The notes beneath the pieces are model-generated. The model saw only the letters and a list, made by a program, of their open reading frames with translations, did not search any database and was not told the origin of the DNA. From Amphiscolops sp. MND2022 (Eukaryota), in assembly GCA_964187785.1 (NCBI GenBank), contig OZ076409.1, positions 63,490,001-63,554,000 on the forward strand: a DNA stretch of 64,000 bases, written 5' to 3'. The translations under genes were made by a program, and so were the position numbers. The stretch's first letter is position 1, and each line of letters starts with the position of its first letter. Positions 12,488-26,488 of the stretch are shown in pieces.

Positions 12488-13010
12488 TATTTTTATTTGA
12501 TTCAATTGATTTTTTGAACCTTTTTATTGTATTTTTATATTATACTGATTCCTAATTCATTATTCAATTTTCATTATATCTGCGTATGTTGGTATACTAT
12601 TAACACTGCCGGGAGCATTTGTTACTGAGGTCGAGTTGTTTTTTTCATAGTTTTGTAATCTATTTTTTTCGGTCAACCGCTACTTTCAAAATGGCTTTTG
12701 CGTTGAAAATTTTCTTTTAACGAAAAAAGACTAGAATTGTTCATACTGTATGGGTTTCACTAGAGTAGGTTAGAATTTTTCAGTGTATACTTGGAGAAAA
12801 TTTGGACAATCTATTAGTTGTCGCTAATGAAATCGCCGAAAAGTTCTGTGTGGCCACTAAATCACTAAATAACGGTGCAAAACTCTGGTTAACAATGAAG
12901 CAAATTCAGTTTTTAAAAACAATCACTCAGCCTTTCCAATTGCTGATTCGCTCATAAAATGTTTTCCTGCAAAATTTTTTGTAATAATATTTTGAGTGTT
13001 TGAGATTATA

Positions 13011-13676
13011 ATGAGCAAGATCATTGGTCCTGCTCTGCCAAGCCATTTAATCAATGCTTCGGATGGCAGAGAAGATAAAAAACATGAAAGTGATTCCGAT
13101 GATGATTACGGACCTGCTTTGCCTCCTGGATATTCACCTTCAAATGATGTTCAAGAAACGGATGAATCAAAATGTGCTGATGAAGATTGCAATGAAGATA
13201 TCATCGGACCTTTACCTACTGATGCTACAGATTCTCAGCCTCGCAAAAGAAAATCCGGAAACAGCATTGCCCCAGATATCGAGAAACCGAAAGTACAGCG
13301 AGAAGAATGGATGACTGTAGTTCCTGAAGTTCTCACAAAGCAGTTTGGAATGGGCCCTCGGAAGTTTGATACCACCTCTTCTAAAAGCAAGTTGCCCGTC
13401 GAAGCTGAACCCAGATCCTCAAGAGATTTGGAACAGGAGAAAATATCAAACGATCTATCCGCCAAAAGGCAAGAGTCCTTGCTCGATATTCACAGAGATA
13501 AACTCAAAGAAGAGTCAGCCTCTGGGGCTAGCAAAGAAGTTGAAAGGGTTCCCTTCGATCGCGAGAAAGACATGAAATGTACCTTATTGGACGGAGCGTC
13601 AAAGAAGAAAATGATTGATAACTGTCAAAATTTCGCATCAAGGTTTCAAACAAGCAAATCAAACAAATTTTTATAG
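13011..13676 (+). CDS. GPALPP1: GPALPP motif-containing protein 1 (intronless)
   Basis: IGPALPS, YGPALPPG, IIGPLP repeats; REEWMTVVPE, SLLDIH, FDREKDM and C-terminal SRF...KFL typical of the family. Confidence 0.9.
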   Translation: MSKIIGPALPSHLINASDGREDKKHESDSDDDYGPALPPGYSPSNDVQETDESKCADEDCNEDIIGPLPTDATDSQPRKRKSGNSIAPDIEKPKVQREEWMTVVPEVLTKQFGMGPRKFDTTSSKSKLPVEAEPRSSRDLEQEKISNDLSAKRQESLLDIHRDKLKEESASGASKEVERVPFDREKDMKCTLLDGASKKKMIDNCQNFASRFQTSKSNKFL

Positions 13677-15739
13677 TTTTTGTCGTCTTTTGAGGTTATT
13701 TTTTAGTTGTGAGTAAATTGCTTTCATTAATCTACAAGATATGTCCACCTGTTGATTTTTTGGCTTTTAGTCGTAGGCTCATATCAACTTGAAGGTTGGT
13801 ATTTTTCTTTCCATGAACAATGATTTGAAATTGAATTCTAGTTTTCAATACATACACATACGAAAAGATGAATCTGCGTACAGCATGAGAATATGCATTT
13901 GAACTAGCTTGAAAGCTCGTCTAAAAATAACCGCTTTTGAAAAACTTTCTCGAATCCCGTTCATTGCCCGTTCATTGAGTCTAATTCGCAGGCATTATCT
14001 CTTGATAACAACTTCGCTGAAAAGTTTTTCTCATCCGTTTATAAAGCGCCTTCCACTGTATTAGTCTGTGCATCAGCCTGTGCGCGGCATTATTTCTTTG
14101 TACACCAAGAAAACCTCATGCACCAGACCATTCCCGAGCTTTTCATGACACATCTTCCAATAGTTTGTCGCTTAAACCAGTAAAGATTTTTCTTCTAAAT
14201 TGAAAAAATTCAAAAAGGCAACTATCCGTGTGCTATATACTTCGTCTCGAGGCTTCCGTTTCAAGCGGGCTCACGCTCTTTGAAGTCTTCTGTGTCTAGA
14301 CAATGTTACATGATGAATGAATTTTATTTTTTTTTGTGTTATCGAAGTACGGATGAATAAATTTATTATTTACGGATACTCGTTCTACTTGTACTTTGGC
14401 TAGCTGCAAATGCAAAGGAAGTCCTGCTTTTCGAAATGAAGATATCGAATTCGAGTGTCTAATTTTATTTGCCGCGGCTACGTTGACTTAGTCCTGCTAA
14501 CCATGGTGCAGGCAGAAATGTTTTTTGTCTTCGCAGTGAAGACCAATTGACGTCAGCCCAGCATGTTTGTTGTCTCATATGGACGCTTCAACTGCTTTGT
14601 TTGGGATGAAAATATTTGCTGCAAAAACGAGCTTTTGTTGCAACGATAACTGCCAGAAATGTAGGAATTGAAATGACCCACAAGTAGCTTAGAACCTTTC
14701 CCATTTCTGCATATATGTATATCCGCTATCTTATTTACACCGTCATTACTCGCAACGCCCACTCTGAATCCATCGGTAACCTACCAGTGACTATCCATGA
14801 AATACTACCCCTGGCCATGGAAAGGGAATCAGCAATGTTTTAAAACCTACGGTACTTTAACAAATAGTTGAATGAAAAACTCATTTGAACAATACCCGGC
14901 GTTTATATCCCTAGTACCGTGATGAAAAACAGCGAACTAAAGTTAGTTTCCGCAAAATATATTGGGGGAAGAAAATCAATCTGTGTTGCGTCTTTCCAAA
15001 TACTGCCAAATCTCCACCCAGTTTCTCCCACTCCATTTAGTTGACTACTTTAGTTAATTGACTATTTTAGTTTCTCGACTATTTGGCACTAATGCACCTG
15101 CTAACCAATAATGCACCTTAGCATTAGAGTTACTGTTAGAGTAACCGGGGGTTTTTATTTGTTCTCTTTTGTCAAACCAATTGGGGTATGATTATAATCG
15201 TACCCCCGCTTCTGCCCCCGATGCAAAAATCCCGCGTTAGAGTTCCTAGGAGTCTATATCCTTGCTCCCTGTGACCATTGCAGACTCCTGGGGCCAGTAA
15301 AGTCGGGCATCGGGTGTGCAGAAGTCTTAAATAAAGACTAGTTCCCCAAGGGTACGAGACTTTGACTTTTTTTCACCTTTTCCGAATTTTCCAACATATA
15401 AGCAATGACCACCTCTACCCACCTACTTGATGAAATCTGCTGCACTCAGCAAAATTATTGAAACGTTTAAAACTGTTAAAGGATTACTGTTAACGAGGTT
15501 TTTTTTGTCTTTCGTTACGATATCTTTTTTTCATTGAGACTTTTTCTTCAACGCTTTTCATAAAAGTCAAATTGTTTTTGTTTGTGAAATTTTGAGCTTG
15601 CAAACTGTTTAGGAGGCTTCCTTCAAGCGGGCTTGTGCGCACTTGGAAGTCTGTTTTGGTCATAAATTTGTTTATTTATACACTGTAATTGTAATAAGAA
15701 TGGCCAAATGAATTAATTTATTATTATTATTATTTTTAT

Positions 15740-16176
15740 TATTTCTGCGATAGCAGGAATATTATTAAAACCTCAAGATGTCTACTTTTTTCAGTAAAAT
15801 TTTTCGCATGATACTGAATAATTCAGATATTTCGTTCGGCAGTGACTATAAGCGTGAGAATTGAATTTCTCAAGCTGCAGACGACAATTCAATTCTCGTG
15901 CGATGGAACGAGCGAGTGGTAATTATGCATTCGTTCGCCGAGCTATTGAGATGGAGCGAATGAGTGTTAATTATTCCTTCGCTGAGAGCTTCGCCTGCAT
16001 TCAAATGCGAATGCAAAACTTCGTCTACGCTTAGTAGTTAGATTTGCTTTAGTCCGAGATTTAAAGGCGGTATAAACTGGTACAGTGATTAATTGTGCGC
16101 TAAATAAGGATTAAACAGGAGTGTATTGGTTTTCCAGATATGATTCTATTTTTAAAGAAAGATTAAAGCAGAAATA
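15740..16176 (+). repeat. Dispersed ~440-bp element with short TIRs; second copy inverted at 38910-39358
   Basis: Ends tatttctgc...gcagaaata; shared internal sequence including gcattcaaatgcgaatgc. Confidence 0.8.
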
Positions 16177-16209
16177 AAAGTGTGCCCCGTAGGAGCGTAT
16201 TTTAATTAA

Positions 16210-16275
16210 TATGGCTCAGTTGGTAGTGCATCCGCTTCTCAGGCAGTAGTAAAATGGTTCGAATCTCGGCTTCGT
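16210..16275 (+). repeat. tRNA-derived Pol III A/B-box sequence (SINE-head-like, not an intact tRNA)
   Basis: tggctcagttggtag ... ggttcgaatctc; no clean acceptor stem. Confidence 0.55.
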
Positions 16276-18309
16276 CGAGAAGGCGGAAAATATCCTGGTA
16301 CCTAGCGGGTGTCTTGTTTTCAATGTTTTGTCGTAAGTTTTAAAAGTGAGTCTACCGAAACAAAACGAGTATCATAATTTAGGTGAAATAATGTTTCATT
16401 TAAAGTTGAAAAATCTCGATTGTAAAAATATGCTCAGGACTTTTTAAACAAAAAACTAACAGAAAAGTTTCGAAACACACAAAGGGTGCTTTTCATGCTC
16501 GGAAAACGCTTCGAGAGTTCAACTAAAGCGCGCTGAATCACATAGGAGTCAAATACAACGTCAGAATTTGGATAAAGCGCACTAATTTTGAAATTCTACT
16601 TCGTCCTTAGTAAAACGCAATTTACTTCGGATACGACGTCAAAATTCGTATATAGCGCATTGCTTTCGAATATCCGCTTCCTCATTCGTGAAATGGGATG
16701 TTTTCGAACCTCTTCTTAAGTGGAACCCAACGTACGTCGAATTTAACGTCAAAACTTCGGACAAAATTGAACAAAATTTCTAGTGTCTATATATATTGAG
16801 AAACATTTTAGACGAAAAGTCTTAGTGCGAAAAATGAGAAACGAGGGCATTTGGGTTTTTTCTTAAAATTAAACTTATTGCACAACATCAGAAAAAGTTG
16901 AAGAAAAGAACTTTTGGAGACATTCAAAAAGTCTTACAATGCCGAGAAAAATCGAAAAGGGACGTTTCAGTCTCGTTCGGTTTTGTAAGTGAGGTTAAAA
17001 ATAGAATGATTGAAAGGGATTCCTTTCCTTTGACGTGGATTCGTTTCCACTGGCCGATCCAGTAGTTTAGTAGTTTTTGTTTAAAAAAGTCCACTACGTG
17101 TACATTCTGTTATCTGACGAAAAACAACTTGCCACGGAAACAGTCGCGCTCATTTTCTGAAATGCGACGACCAAAAAACAGCCAAGAATAAAAAGATTGA
17201 ACCAATGCAAGAATTAAATATTAAATTCAAAAAACTATAGTTCTCTTATCTGCAGCCAATGCCAGCTGGTCATGTTATTCGAGGCATGTAATCCGAGACA
17301 TCTGTAGGGAATCTCGAGAAACAAACATTTTTCAAGTGACAAATATTACACATGCTGAACCATGTACACCGTGTTACGAATTCCCCCAACCAGAAAAGAC
17401 ATTCTGTTCTTCAATAAAAACATTTCACTGTCAAAAGAGTATCATATGAATGTAAATACTTAAAACTGTCTCTACAGCTGTTTTGAAACTCCTAGCAAAA
17501 AATGAGCCTAATTTTTTGATACTATTGCCCAAAATAGCAAAAATTCACGCTTGGAACAAGCTAAAATTGTATAAAAGGCCTCTACTTCAACGCAAAATTT
17601 CTCCGCAGTAAAATCAAATGAGCAGTTTAAATGGAAGTCAATACATTGTAAAATAATAAGATTATGTCGACATCAATTATTTTATTGGACCAGAATTTCA
17701 ACACAAACGATGTCGACATGATGGTATTTTTGAACCTTTTGTCTTATCCCCACCAGCGGCCGCTTGGTCCCACATGTTAATGGCAAACTAGAGACCTTTT
17801 CAAAAAATTAGGATTTTGCACATTCACTATATTGGCCACACGGAGACCAACTTGTTGGCCAAGTACATTGTTCATGTGGAGTTGAGCCCAATAATAGACG
17901 TTTACCAAAGATAATAAAATGCGAATGCGTATACAGACGATGGCGGCACCACAAAGATTGGTAGCAAATCACTAGCTGTTCTCAGTGAACCGTCAACACT
18001 TCCCATCAGCATCGAATCCATAACATTTCCTGTTTATGTACATGAAGGCAAAGTTCCGTCGCTTCCGAAAAGCTTAACAACTTGACACTTGAAACGCATT
18101 TCATTGACTCTGTTAGGATACCATGTATGTCGACAGTGGTTTTTAATCGGCGCTTCATGAAGTGAAACGCGACTATTATATGGACTTTTTTCAATCCACA
18201 CGAACTGACCAAAATAGTTCTTGAAAACTACGAAATTTCATGGTCCCAAATTGAATCATTTGGCCTAGCGAACTGAACCAAAAAGGTTTTTCCTCTTTTT
18301 CCGCGTAAC

Positions 18310-18576
18310 ATACAATACCGAGAGAGACTGAATGGCCCCCTTTCAGTTTTGTTCGGCATTATGAGACTTTCGAAATTTTTTTCCACCAAAATGTGCTCCC
18401 TTCAATTTTTTGATATTTTGCAACAATGGATGTTAAAAAATGCGAAAGCACGCCAATTTGGTCCAATTTTTTGAGTTTTTCAGGTACTATAGAAGAGAAT
18501 ACTTTGACACTTTTAAGTCCTTTTGCTATTTTTGAGCCTTAGATATGGCGCCGACTTGGGCCGGTCCCGGCTTGTT
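18310..18576 (+). mobile_element. Helentron/HINE-like dispersed repeat; same terminus near 26094, 29437, 43395 and inverted at 37435, 45563, 50157
   Basis: Conserved end ttgagccttagatatggcgccgacttgggccggtcccggcttgtt; family assignment is by resemblance to DINE-1/HINE ends (cgact...cttgtt). Confidence 0.55.
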
Positions 18577-21229
18577 AAACTACCAAAGGCCTTTGAACTC
18601 AGATTGGTTTGGTACCGGCAGTCAACTAGCGACATGAGCCCGAGTTGAAGTCTCTGTTTGCAGCGAATTATCAACAATAACCCTGATGTTATATGATGTG
18701 TCTTTTTTGTTTCATCTATAAACTTCAAAACGGCCCAATGGATCCACCGGATAGATACCCGTGAGCAGCGATTGAATGCCATATTAGCATCCCTCCACTG
18801 TGTTGTTGGTGCGGTCAAGTCCTTCTACAGCGGCTTTTTTCGATTTGGGGGATCAAATGAAGGCGCTCTGGCGTTCATCGAATATACGTTTTCTCAAATT
18901 AGAAACCCTATTTTCCAATCTTTTCTGTATTATTTCCAAAAACTTAATGTTTTGATTTTCATTCAGCAATTAACACCAAACGGTAGCTCAACATTAGTTT
19001 AATTCGTTGAAAGCACTGAGTGACCAGCACAAACCAGCCCGGAAGAAATACTTGAAGTTCAACACTTAGGCGCAGAACCTTATGAACTCTTTTGGTTGAG
19101 AAATTTGATTCTTTTTCTGCAGAATGTGACTCACCTCCAGCAGGTCCCGTTGACACAAACTATGCTTTTTGTGTGAGGTTGTTTTATCTTGTTATATTTG
19201 AGTCGTTAGGTAAGTTTTAGTCAAATTTTCCACTTCATCCATTCTTTTGGAATGTGACTGACTACTCTCCTAATTAAAAAAGTCTCAGGAGATGAAAATT
19301 CGACCCTGTAATGTGGGGCTTTCAAGGTTTATTTTATACAGCTCCCTTTTCCACCAGGATATGTGGAGCACGCCGGACGGACTTCTGAGGAAACTGGGTA
19401 ATTGTTTTTGCTCAACGTGATTAAATTAAGGCTTTCAAGGGATTCGAACTGGAGTCATCAAGCTTGAGTTATCAAGTCAACTTTCTGTTCCAACGTTCGT
19501 CTGCACTTTTGATCATCGAAAATATATAGTGCACGTTTAGAAAAGTTAAACGTCGAAATTTGAACTGAATGTGCAGTTCCACGCTGAAAGAGGTTATTGT
19601 AGTTTTATCAGATTTCCAGTAGGTTTGTATCCGTTTTTGCATGACAGACAAAAATGAGTGAACATCAGTGAAAAACACTCAAACTTTTGTTAAGTTAGAA
19701 CTTTGTTGATGCTGCTGCCTTGTTCTAAATGAGACATTGCTGCAAGTCAAAGTACGGGCATAAAAGATTTTTTTTGCATTTAATCTTACCAGAAATATCA
19801 ATTACTTTAGATGTAACAATCGGATATAGGGGGCTCTTCTTCGATTCTGGAAGGAAACGAAACATCAAAACGGATATTATTCGAACATCCACTTCCTCCT
19901 TAAAACGCAATTTACTTCGAATATAACGTCGAAAAGTCGGACACAACGTGCTGGGACAAGTGGGTGCACTTTTCTCGAACATCCCCCTCCTCCTTTGTAA
20001 AACGCAAATGTATGTTCATTCTTGAACGTTTTAGAAATCTTTCCTCAGTTAAAAAACTTTTATACTGCATTCCTATTGATGGATCGGAACTTTGACAATT
20101 TCTAATTTCAGAAAACATTTTCCCAATGTTGATTCCACGGTTTTTCACTTTTTCTCAGCAACTGCAGTCTTTTCATGGCCTAATTTTTGCTATTTAAGTC
20201 AAGATTGACAAATTCAATTAGTGATGGGATTGAAAAGAGGCTGTTAAAACTGGAAATGATTCTAGTTACTACAGTTCTGAAATTAATTTTAACTGCTCGT
20301 CTCTGAGCTACTAATTTCGCAATCGTTAATTCGAAAGTTATGGGAATAAGTTGTTGCAACATTCAGTTGACCAACAAACACAAAACTCTCAGAAGTTTAC
20401 ACTAACTTTTATTTTGCCGAGGTAAAGGACGACTGGTAAAAAAAACAAAATGAAGATCTGGAACACATTTAAAAGTATTTGAGGGAATGAATGAAAAGAG
20501 CAATAAATTTTGAATCGTGTTACGAGGCGCTTTGTAGGAAATGATGGGAACCCCCTTTTATTAGCAATGTTTTCTTAAAGGCAAAATAACAAACCAATCA
20601 ACTAGAATGAGTGCCTCAACGAAACTCAAAGGTATTACGGTTCGAAACGAGATATTTCAACCAAAATTTACCCAAAAACTGTTCAAAAACACACTCTTTG
20701 ACATTTTCGAAAGTATTTTGGCAGAAGACGTCTCATGCTCATCTGTATGTTTAGGACAACTAAGTCAGTGTTCATTGATTGATTAAAGGCATTGATATCA
20801 TAATTTACTGTCGATAGGAAGCATGTGGCTTGAATGTGCACTGAAATTCTTCTAGAGCGGCTAACTACTTTTCAACAAAATATGACAACCCAATTTCTCC
20901 TTAGTTGATGCTTTAGGTGTAACAGTGGGTCCACGGAGACATGTTCCTTGGGTTCAGGTTTCGTTGCATAAGTTAGGCTTCAGCAAAATCTTTCTTTTCT
21001 ACTTCAAGAGAAGTTGAAAAATTTAGCATTGAGCTGTCTTGGCTGGAGGGGCACTAACTGGCATCATTTAGACAATGGCAAACAAAACAAAAAAATTTCA
21101 ATGGAAGAAGTGGAGTGAAAATTTTTTATTTAATCCGGAATATTACTGATTAGCTTGAAGCTCTAAAAAGTACCAAAACGGCAGAAATTTTTTGTTCGAA
21201 GTTGTAAGGAGTAAAGTCCGTGGTTTCCC

Positions 21230-21775
21230 TTAAATCACATGCGGACTGAGAGTCCTTCTTTGTCTCTTTGTCATTCTAGTGTTTGGCATCTTCCACGCAT
21301 TACCAAAACCAAATCCATTTGGGGACGTACCCGTCCCAGTGCCATTTCGGTTCAAAGGCAAACTTCTCGTAATGTTCATTATTTCAGGCAAAACCATATC
21401 GTTTACAGCCGAACTAAATGACCTATTGATCTGTGTTTGCATTGAGTCCATTAGCGAGTCTATTTCTTGAGACAATCTGGCGTTCATTTCACCTGAGAAA
21501 ATCTCAATCGACTCAGTTAGTCTATCACAGCCTCTTGTGTGATTTCCATTGTATATGTCCCTGATTTCATTCTCTTGAGAAGAACATTCCCTATACGTTT
21601 CAGACTCTGAGTCTTGTTGACCTTCAGGTCCAATTAAAACGTTGTCTAACTCTTTCTAATGAGTTCGAATTCCTCTCTCCTAACATCACATCCATGTTGC
21701 CATAATTGGATAATAAGTCCATTTCTCTAGATTTTCTATTTTTCGCCTTTTGTTTTCTAAGTCTTGTAACGTAGT
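21230..21775 (-). pseudogene. Probable decayed LTR-retrotransposon gag-like N-terminal fragment
   Basis: Coiled-coil-like ARLSQEIDSLMDSMQTQINRSFSSAVNDMVLPEI with stops; adjacent to and opposite the pol remnant. Confidence 0.35.
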
Positions 21776-21979
21776 TTTTCAACTTTGGATTTTAGAGTAA
21801 ACTTAAACAAGGCAACTTGTGATATTGTAGGTCAAGGAAATTGTGTGTCCTAAAGGCTCAACCTAGGTATATATAGCCAAGTGGGCATGACAAACATAAT
21901 TATTATGGCCATGTTGCTAAAAAATAGATTAAATCTAAAAGTAGTTTCATTTCCGACTAACGACTAATAGATCACGCAT

Positions 21980-24900
21980 ACTCGGAAAGGGCTGCTGAAA
22001 TTACAGAAGACTGTTTCGTAAGCCCAGCAGTGATAACGGTGAAAAAAGATGAATCAGTGAAAATTGCATTAGATTAAAAAAATTAAACGAAGTGACAAAA
22101 AGAAGAAAATCCCAAATACCCAAATGGAGAATTGACGAAAATCACAATAAGTATCAGAAGGGACCGAGAGAGAAATCGTATCCACCAAACTGGATTTCGA
22201 ATGCACGTATTGACTAGTCAAACTGGATAAAGAAACAAGGAATAGACATTATACTCGAACACAAACACCAGGCCTGAATAGACGGCGTCATACTTTTAAC
22301 GAAAGGAAACATGGAAAAACACGATGCGGTAGTACGAGAAACAATGACTAGACTGGAAAAACTGAATGCAGGTTACACCGGAAGAAATGCGAATTCTTCA
22401 AAAGAGAGATCGAATAGTTGGGACACAAATTAGACCAGCAAGGGATACGACCATTACGAAATATACTAGAAGCGTTTACAAAAATCAATATTTCAAAAGA
22501 AAACGAAAAAGAACAAAATCGTTCCTCGGCTCAACGCTCTACTTACCGAAAAATATCGAGAATTCACCAACGAGCAAGAACATTCTACAAAAAAATGCTG
22601 AATATTTTGAAAGAATGCATAACAAAACTACACTGTTTGGGATATTACAACGCAAAAAAACGATAATGTAATAACAACGGATGTCAGCGCGAAAGGATCG
22701 GGAGCAACAATTTGGCAAAGACAGAAAAATGGACTTTTTGAAGCCGATCGGACTTGCAAGCAGGTTTTTATCGCAAAAAATACTCAATATACCAACCAAA
22801 TTTACTGGCACTAGACTGCGTATTGGAACATTTCTGCCTACACATCTACGGAAAACCAATCGAATTGTTAAGAGATCATCAAGTACTAGAACCATTGAGA
22901 AGGATAATTAGATCAAATATAGCGTTCAGTGCAAAATTAACAAGATGATTAGATTGGTTAGCCCACTTCAATTAAAAAATGAGGCACACTGCTGGAAAAC
23001 AATTAGATCGGACCGAATATTTGAGCACAAATCCGATATCGAAGCCTGAAGCAATAGAAAACTACAAATATGAATGCCTTATGAACTGCGTAATACCACT
23101 ACCGGAGTTTATGAACAAGCACGGTTGCATCACCGGTCAGAAAATAAAAGAAACAAAAACGGAACGAAACAAGCAGCACGATTAGAAAAACGACCAATCA
23201 ATAATGAGATACAAGAACGAACTGAAGTCAAAAGAAGACCAACAAAAAACCAAAGTTCCTTTTTAACAAACCAGAATACAGTCAAACACGTCAACACCAT
23301 TAGCTCTTCAAACAAACAAATACCAGTAGACATTAGAAGAAATGATTCGATCGAAAAAAAAGATTCATCGCAAAAGAACCCTGAAATAAAAACCGCTGGA
23401 AAGAACTGGTGAACCCTGGAGATTACCGAAGGTCAAACGGATTGTGGAAACAATACAACCCACCACGTCGTCTCCGAGCAGAAATAAACGAATAGAGATG
23501 GAGCTCCATCAAAACTGAATAAACTAATCGGGGAGAGAATGAAGAAACACAAAGGAGAGGAGAATGACACAGGGTAATACAAAGATTAGATTTTCACTAC
23601 TCGAACAAAACGACGATCAACCGGGATCAAGCAAAATCATCCAGATTGAAGAACAATGGGAAAAGAGCAACTCACCAGATGACTTCGAAGCCGGACCAAC
23701 AAGCTCAAACGACGCAATTGACGTCCCAGCAAACTACTGTAAACAAATTTCGGGATCAACAGGAGTCCGATACATTCAAATGGGTCATGAAAGCCATATC
23801 CATACAGATAAAACATGGAATCTCGAGGAAACGATCAGACAAGCAGAACAAAAGTTCACAACGGACTTAGAAACAATCACAACCAAGACAACTGACGATG
23901 AAAACTTACTGAAGATATTAGTCAGCTGGGAGAAAAATAGGCTAGACCAAACAGCAGAAGAGTACAAATTTTCCCGAAAACCCAAGTCGATTTGATGGTA
24001 AATTTTACGACGATTGGATTATATTGCAAGCCATACGACGAACGTTTATAATGCTCTTACACAAAGGACATGCGCCCATGAACAAAATGATAACGGCAGC
24101 AAAACCGTGCTAGTGGTCGAAGCTTCATAGGGATATTCAACAAAAAGGTGAAGACTGTTGTAAAAAGATCACTTGTAAAAAGGCAGGTAGGAGCATTGAA
24201 GCACATATACCGTTGACGGGAAAAAATTTCCTACCACCGGCAAAAAAATCAAGTCACGAACTCCAATTGGATTTCGTCGGACTAATAACAATTAAGCAAA
24301 GCATTCTTCATATTAATTCCAATAGACCCGTTTAGCAAATGGCCGGCCGCTTGTTGATGCGATACACCTACTGGTAAATCAGCAAGTTTGCTTTGGAACA
24401 TCGCGTTATTTTAACGGTTTACACAAACAATCACAACACAAGAAGCACGGCTTTCACAGGAAAAGATTTTAAAGGTTTTCGTAAAACTTCAATTAAAATA
24501 ATAATGAACGAACACTGTATATACATACACCAACTGGATCGGTGGAAGGGGGAATAAAAATCCTCAACGATTACTTACGAACAAACTCAGAAGGCGGAAG
24601 AAACATAAATGACGTTTTGAGTCACTCATTGAACACAACGAGAACAAGGGACCACTCAAACATAAACAAAACTCCGTTCGAAGTCGTTATGGTAGAAAAC
24701 CGAGAACAGAAATACATAATTACCTGAACATATCTCCGGAGAAACAAATTAGTGTTTCAGCCAAACCGGAAACACTACAGGTCTACTCGTTTTCGAACAG
24801 AAGTGGACAGCTGGTTATGAAAAAACCGAGAGTTTTGAACAAGGATAACCCGTTATCAAGGAGATGGAAACGCCACAGGCCCCGACGGACAATTTACTAC

Positions 24901-25330
24901 CAACGAGAACATCATAACGACAGAGTTCAAAGAGAGAAGCAGCATCCCAGTGCTAGAAGACAACATCTTAGATACAACATATGAAATGAAAACCACTACA
25001 GCAAGTCTTGGATACGGAAGTGGTAGAAGGAAATTAATTCGGGACAGAACATCTCCTACTCTCCGGGGAAACAACGTCCGATATCAAGTAGAGAACATGA
25101 CTTCGAAACAGCTGGAGGAAGCAAACGCTACAATCGAGGAATTCCCGGACGTAAATACAGTAGTGGAGAGAAACGGTAATACCGATTCCAATAAAAGAGA
25201 AATTATAGATGACATACTTTTAAACAAAAGCGAGAACCAACACGAATCAACTTTCCGAAAATCAACTCGACAAAGATCCGCTAATGCAAAAACTGATACG
25301 ATAACCCAATCACGTTTTGACTATTGCAAG
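21980..25330 (+). mobile_element. Heavily decayed Ty3/Gypsy pol (RT, RNase H, integrase)
   Basis: CFVSPAVITVKKDESVKIALD (RT), ITTDVSAKGSGATIWQ...KPIGLASRFL (RNase H), LHKGHA and ELQLDFVG...IDPFSKWP (integrase); many stops/frameshifts; LTRs not identified. Confidence 0.85.
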
Positions 25331-26288
25331 TAAAACCGTTGATAATTGGGATAAAGAAGCAACAAACCAGTTGACAGATTGAAGAAAAACCACCGGCAGA
25401 AAAACTGACTTTGACGAGACTGAAGCCGTTACAACTCGAAGCAGAAAAAAGAACCTCAAAATAGGAAAAAAACACCTAGAAAAAAACCAAAGGCTTATTC
25501 GGTGTTACATAACAACTGTTTATCAAAACTTCCCGGGTCATTCGGTGCTATCGCAAAAACCGCATGCAAAGTATATGTTATTACCTTAGGTTATTGTTTT
25601 TAGTCGGCGCGTTTTCCTTTTAAGGAAAAATGCCCGACTATAGCAGTGACCTTATTTTTCTTCAGCCTCACACTGATCGGTCCACTTTTTAGAAACAATC
25701 CTGAAACCACCCAAGGCGCCCAGTCTGGCAAAGAGGCCAAGGCAAATTTAGTGCAAACCTTTTTCAAGGTAACCTACAAAACCGGACGGGACTACAGAGT
25801 CCCCCCTTTCGATTTTTTCGATTTTTTTCGGCACTGTGCGACTTTTTTTTGAAAAATTTTGTCTCCAAAGGGTCCCCCCTTTGATTTTGTACTTTTTAAC
25901 GTAATCTACAAAACCGTCCGAGGCTAAAGGGTCCCCCCTTTTGATTTTTTTCTGCACTGTGCGACATTTTCCTTAAAAAGTTTTTTTCGAAAATTTCAAG
26001 TTTTTTTCGAAAATTTCAAGTTTTTTTCGAAAAAAATTTTTTGCGCTTTTTAAGCCTTAGATATATCGCCGACTTTAGACGTTCTCGTCTTGTTCACCAT
26101 ACCCATCTATGTTCGTATTGCGCGGGGAATGGGACATGTAGATAGATGTCAATCGATGCTATCGTAATATACTTACTGTCGCAGGCTGCCGCCTTAATGG
26201 CACTAAGATCACGACAACAGCGGAAGGGCAAGAGATCGCGACCGGAACCTTACCAATCTACTGAGGAGAAAACATTTAAAATGCAAAC

Positions 26289-26488
26289 NNNNNNNNNNNN
26301 NNNNNNNNNNNNNNNNNNNNNNNNNNNNNNNNNNNNNNNNNNNNNNNNNNNNNNNNNNNNNNNNNNNNNNNNNNNNNNNNNNNNNNNNNNNNNNNNNNNN
26401 NNNNNNNNNNNNNNNNNNNNNNNNNNNNNNNNNNNNNNNNNNNNNNNNNNNNNNNNNNNNNNNNNNNNNNNNNNNNNNNNNNNNNNNN
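26289..26488. other. Assembly gap (200 N)
   Basis: Run of n. Confidence 1.

Noticed and set aside
14553..14790. Possible LINE RNase H fragment (VTDGFRVGVAS)
   Set aside because: Single weak motif without supporting context
16210..16275. Functional tRNA genes (also 27866, 28940, 45890, 50610)
   Set aside because: A/B boxes present but cloverleaf stems cannot be completed; treated as tRNA-derived repeats
18580..20900. Possible decayed leucine-rich-repeat gene on the minus strand
   Set aside because: Too many stops and no motif I could state with confidence
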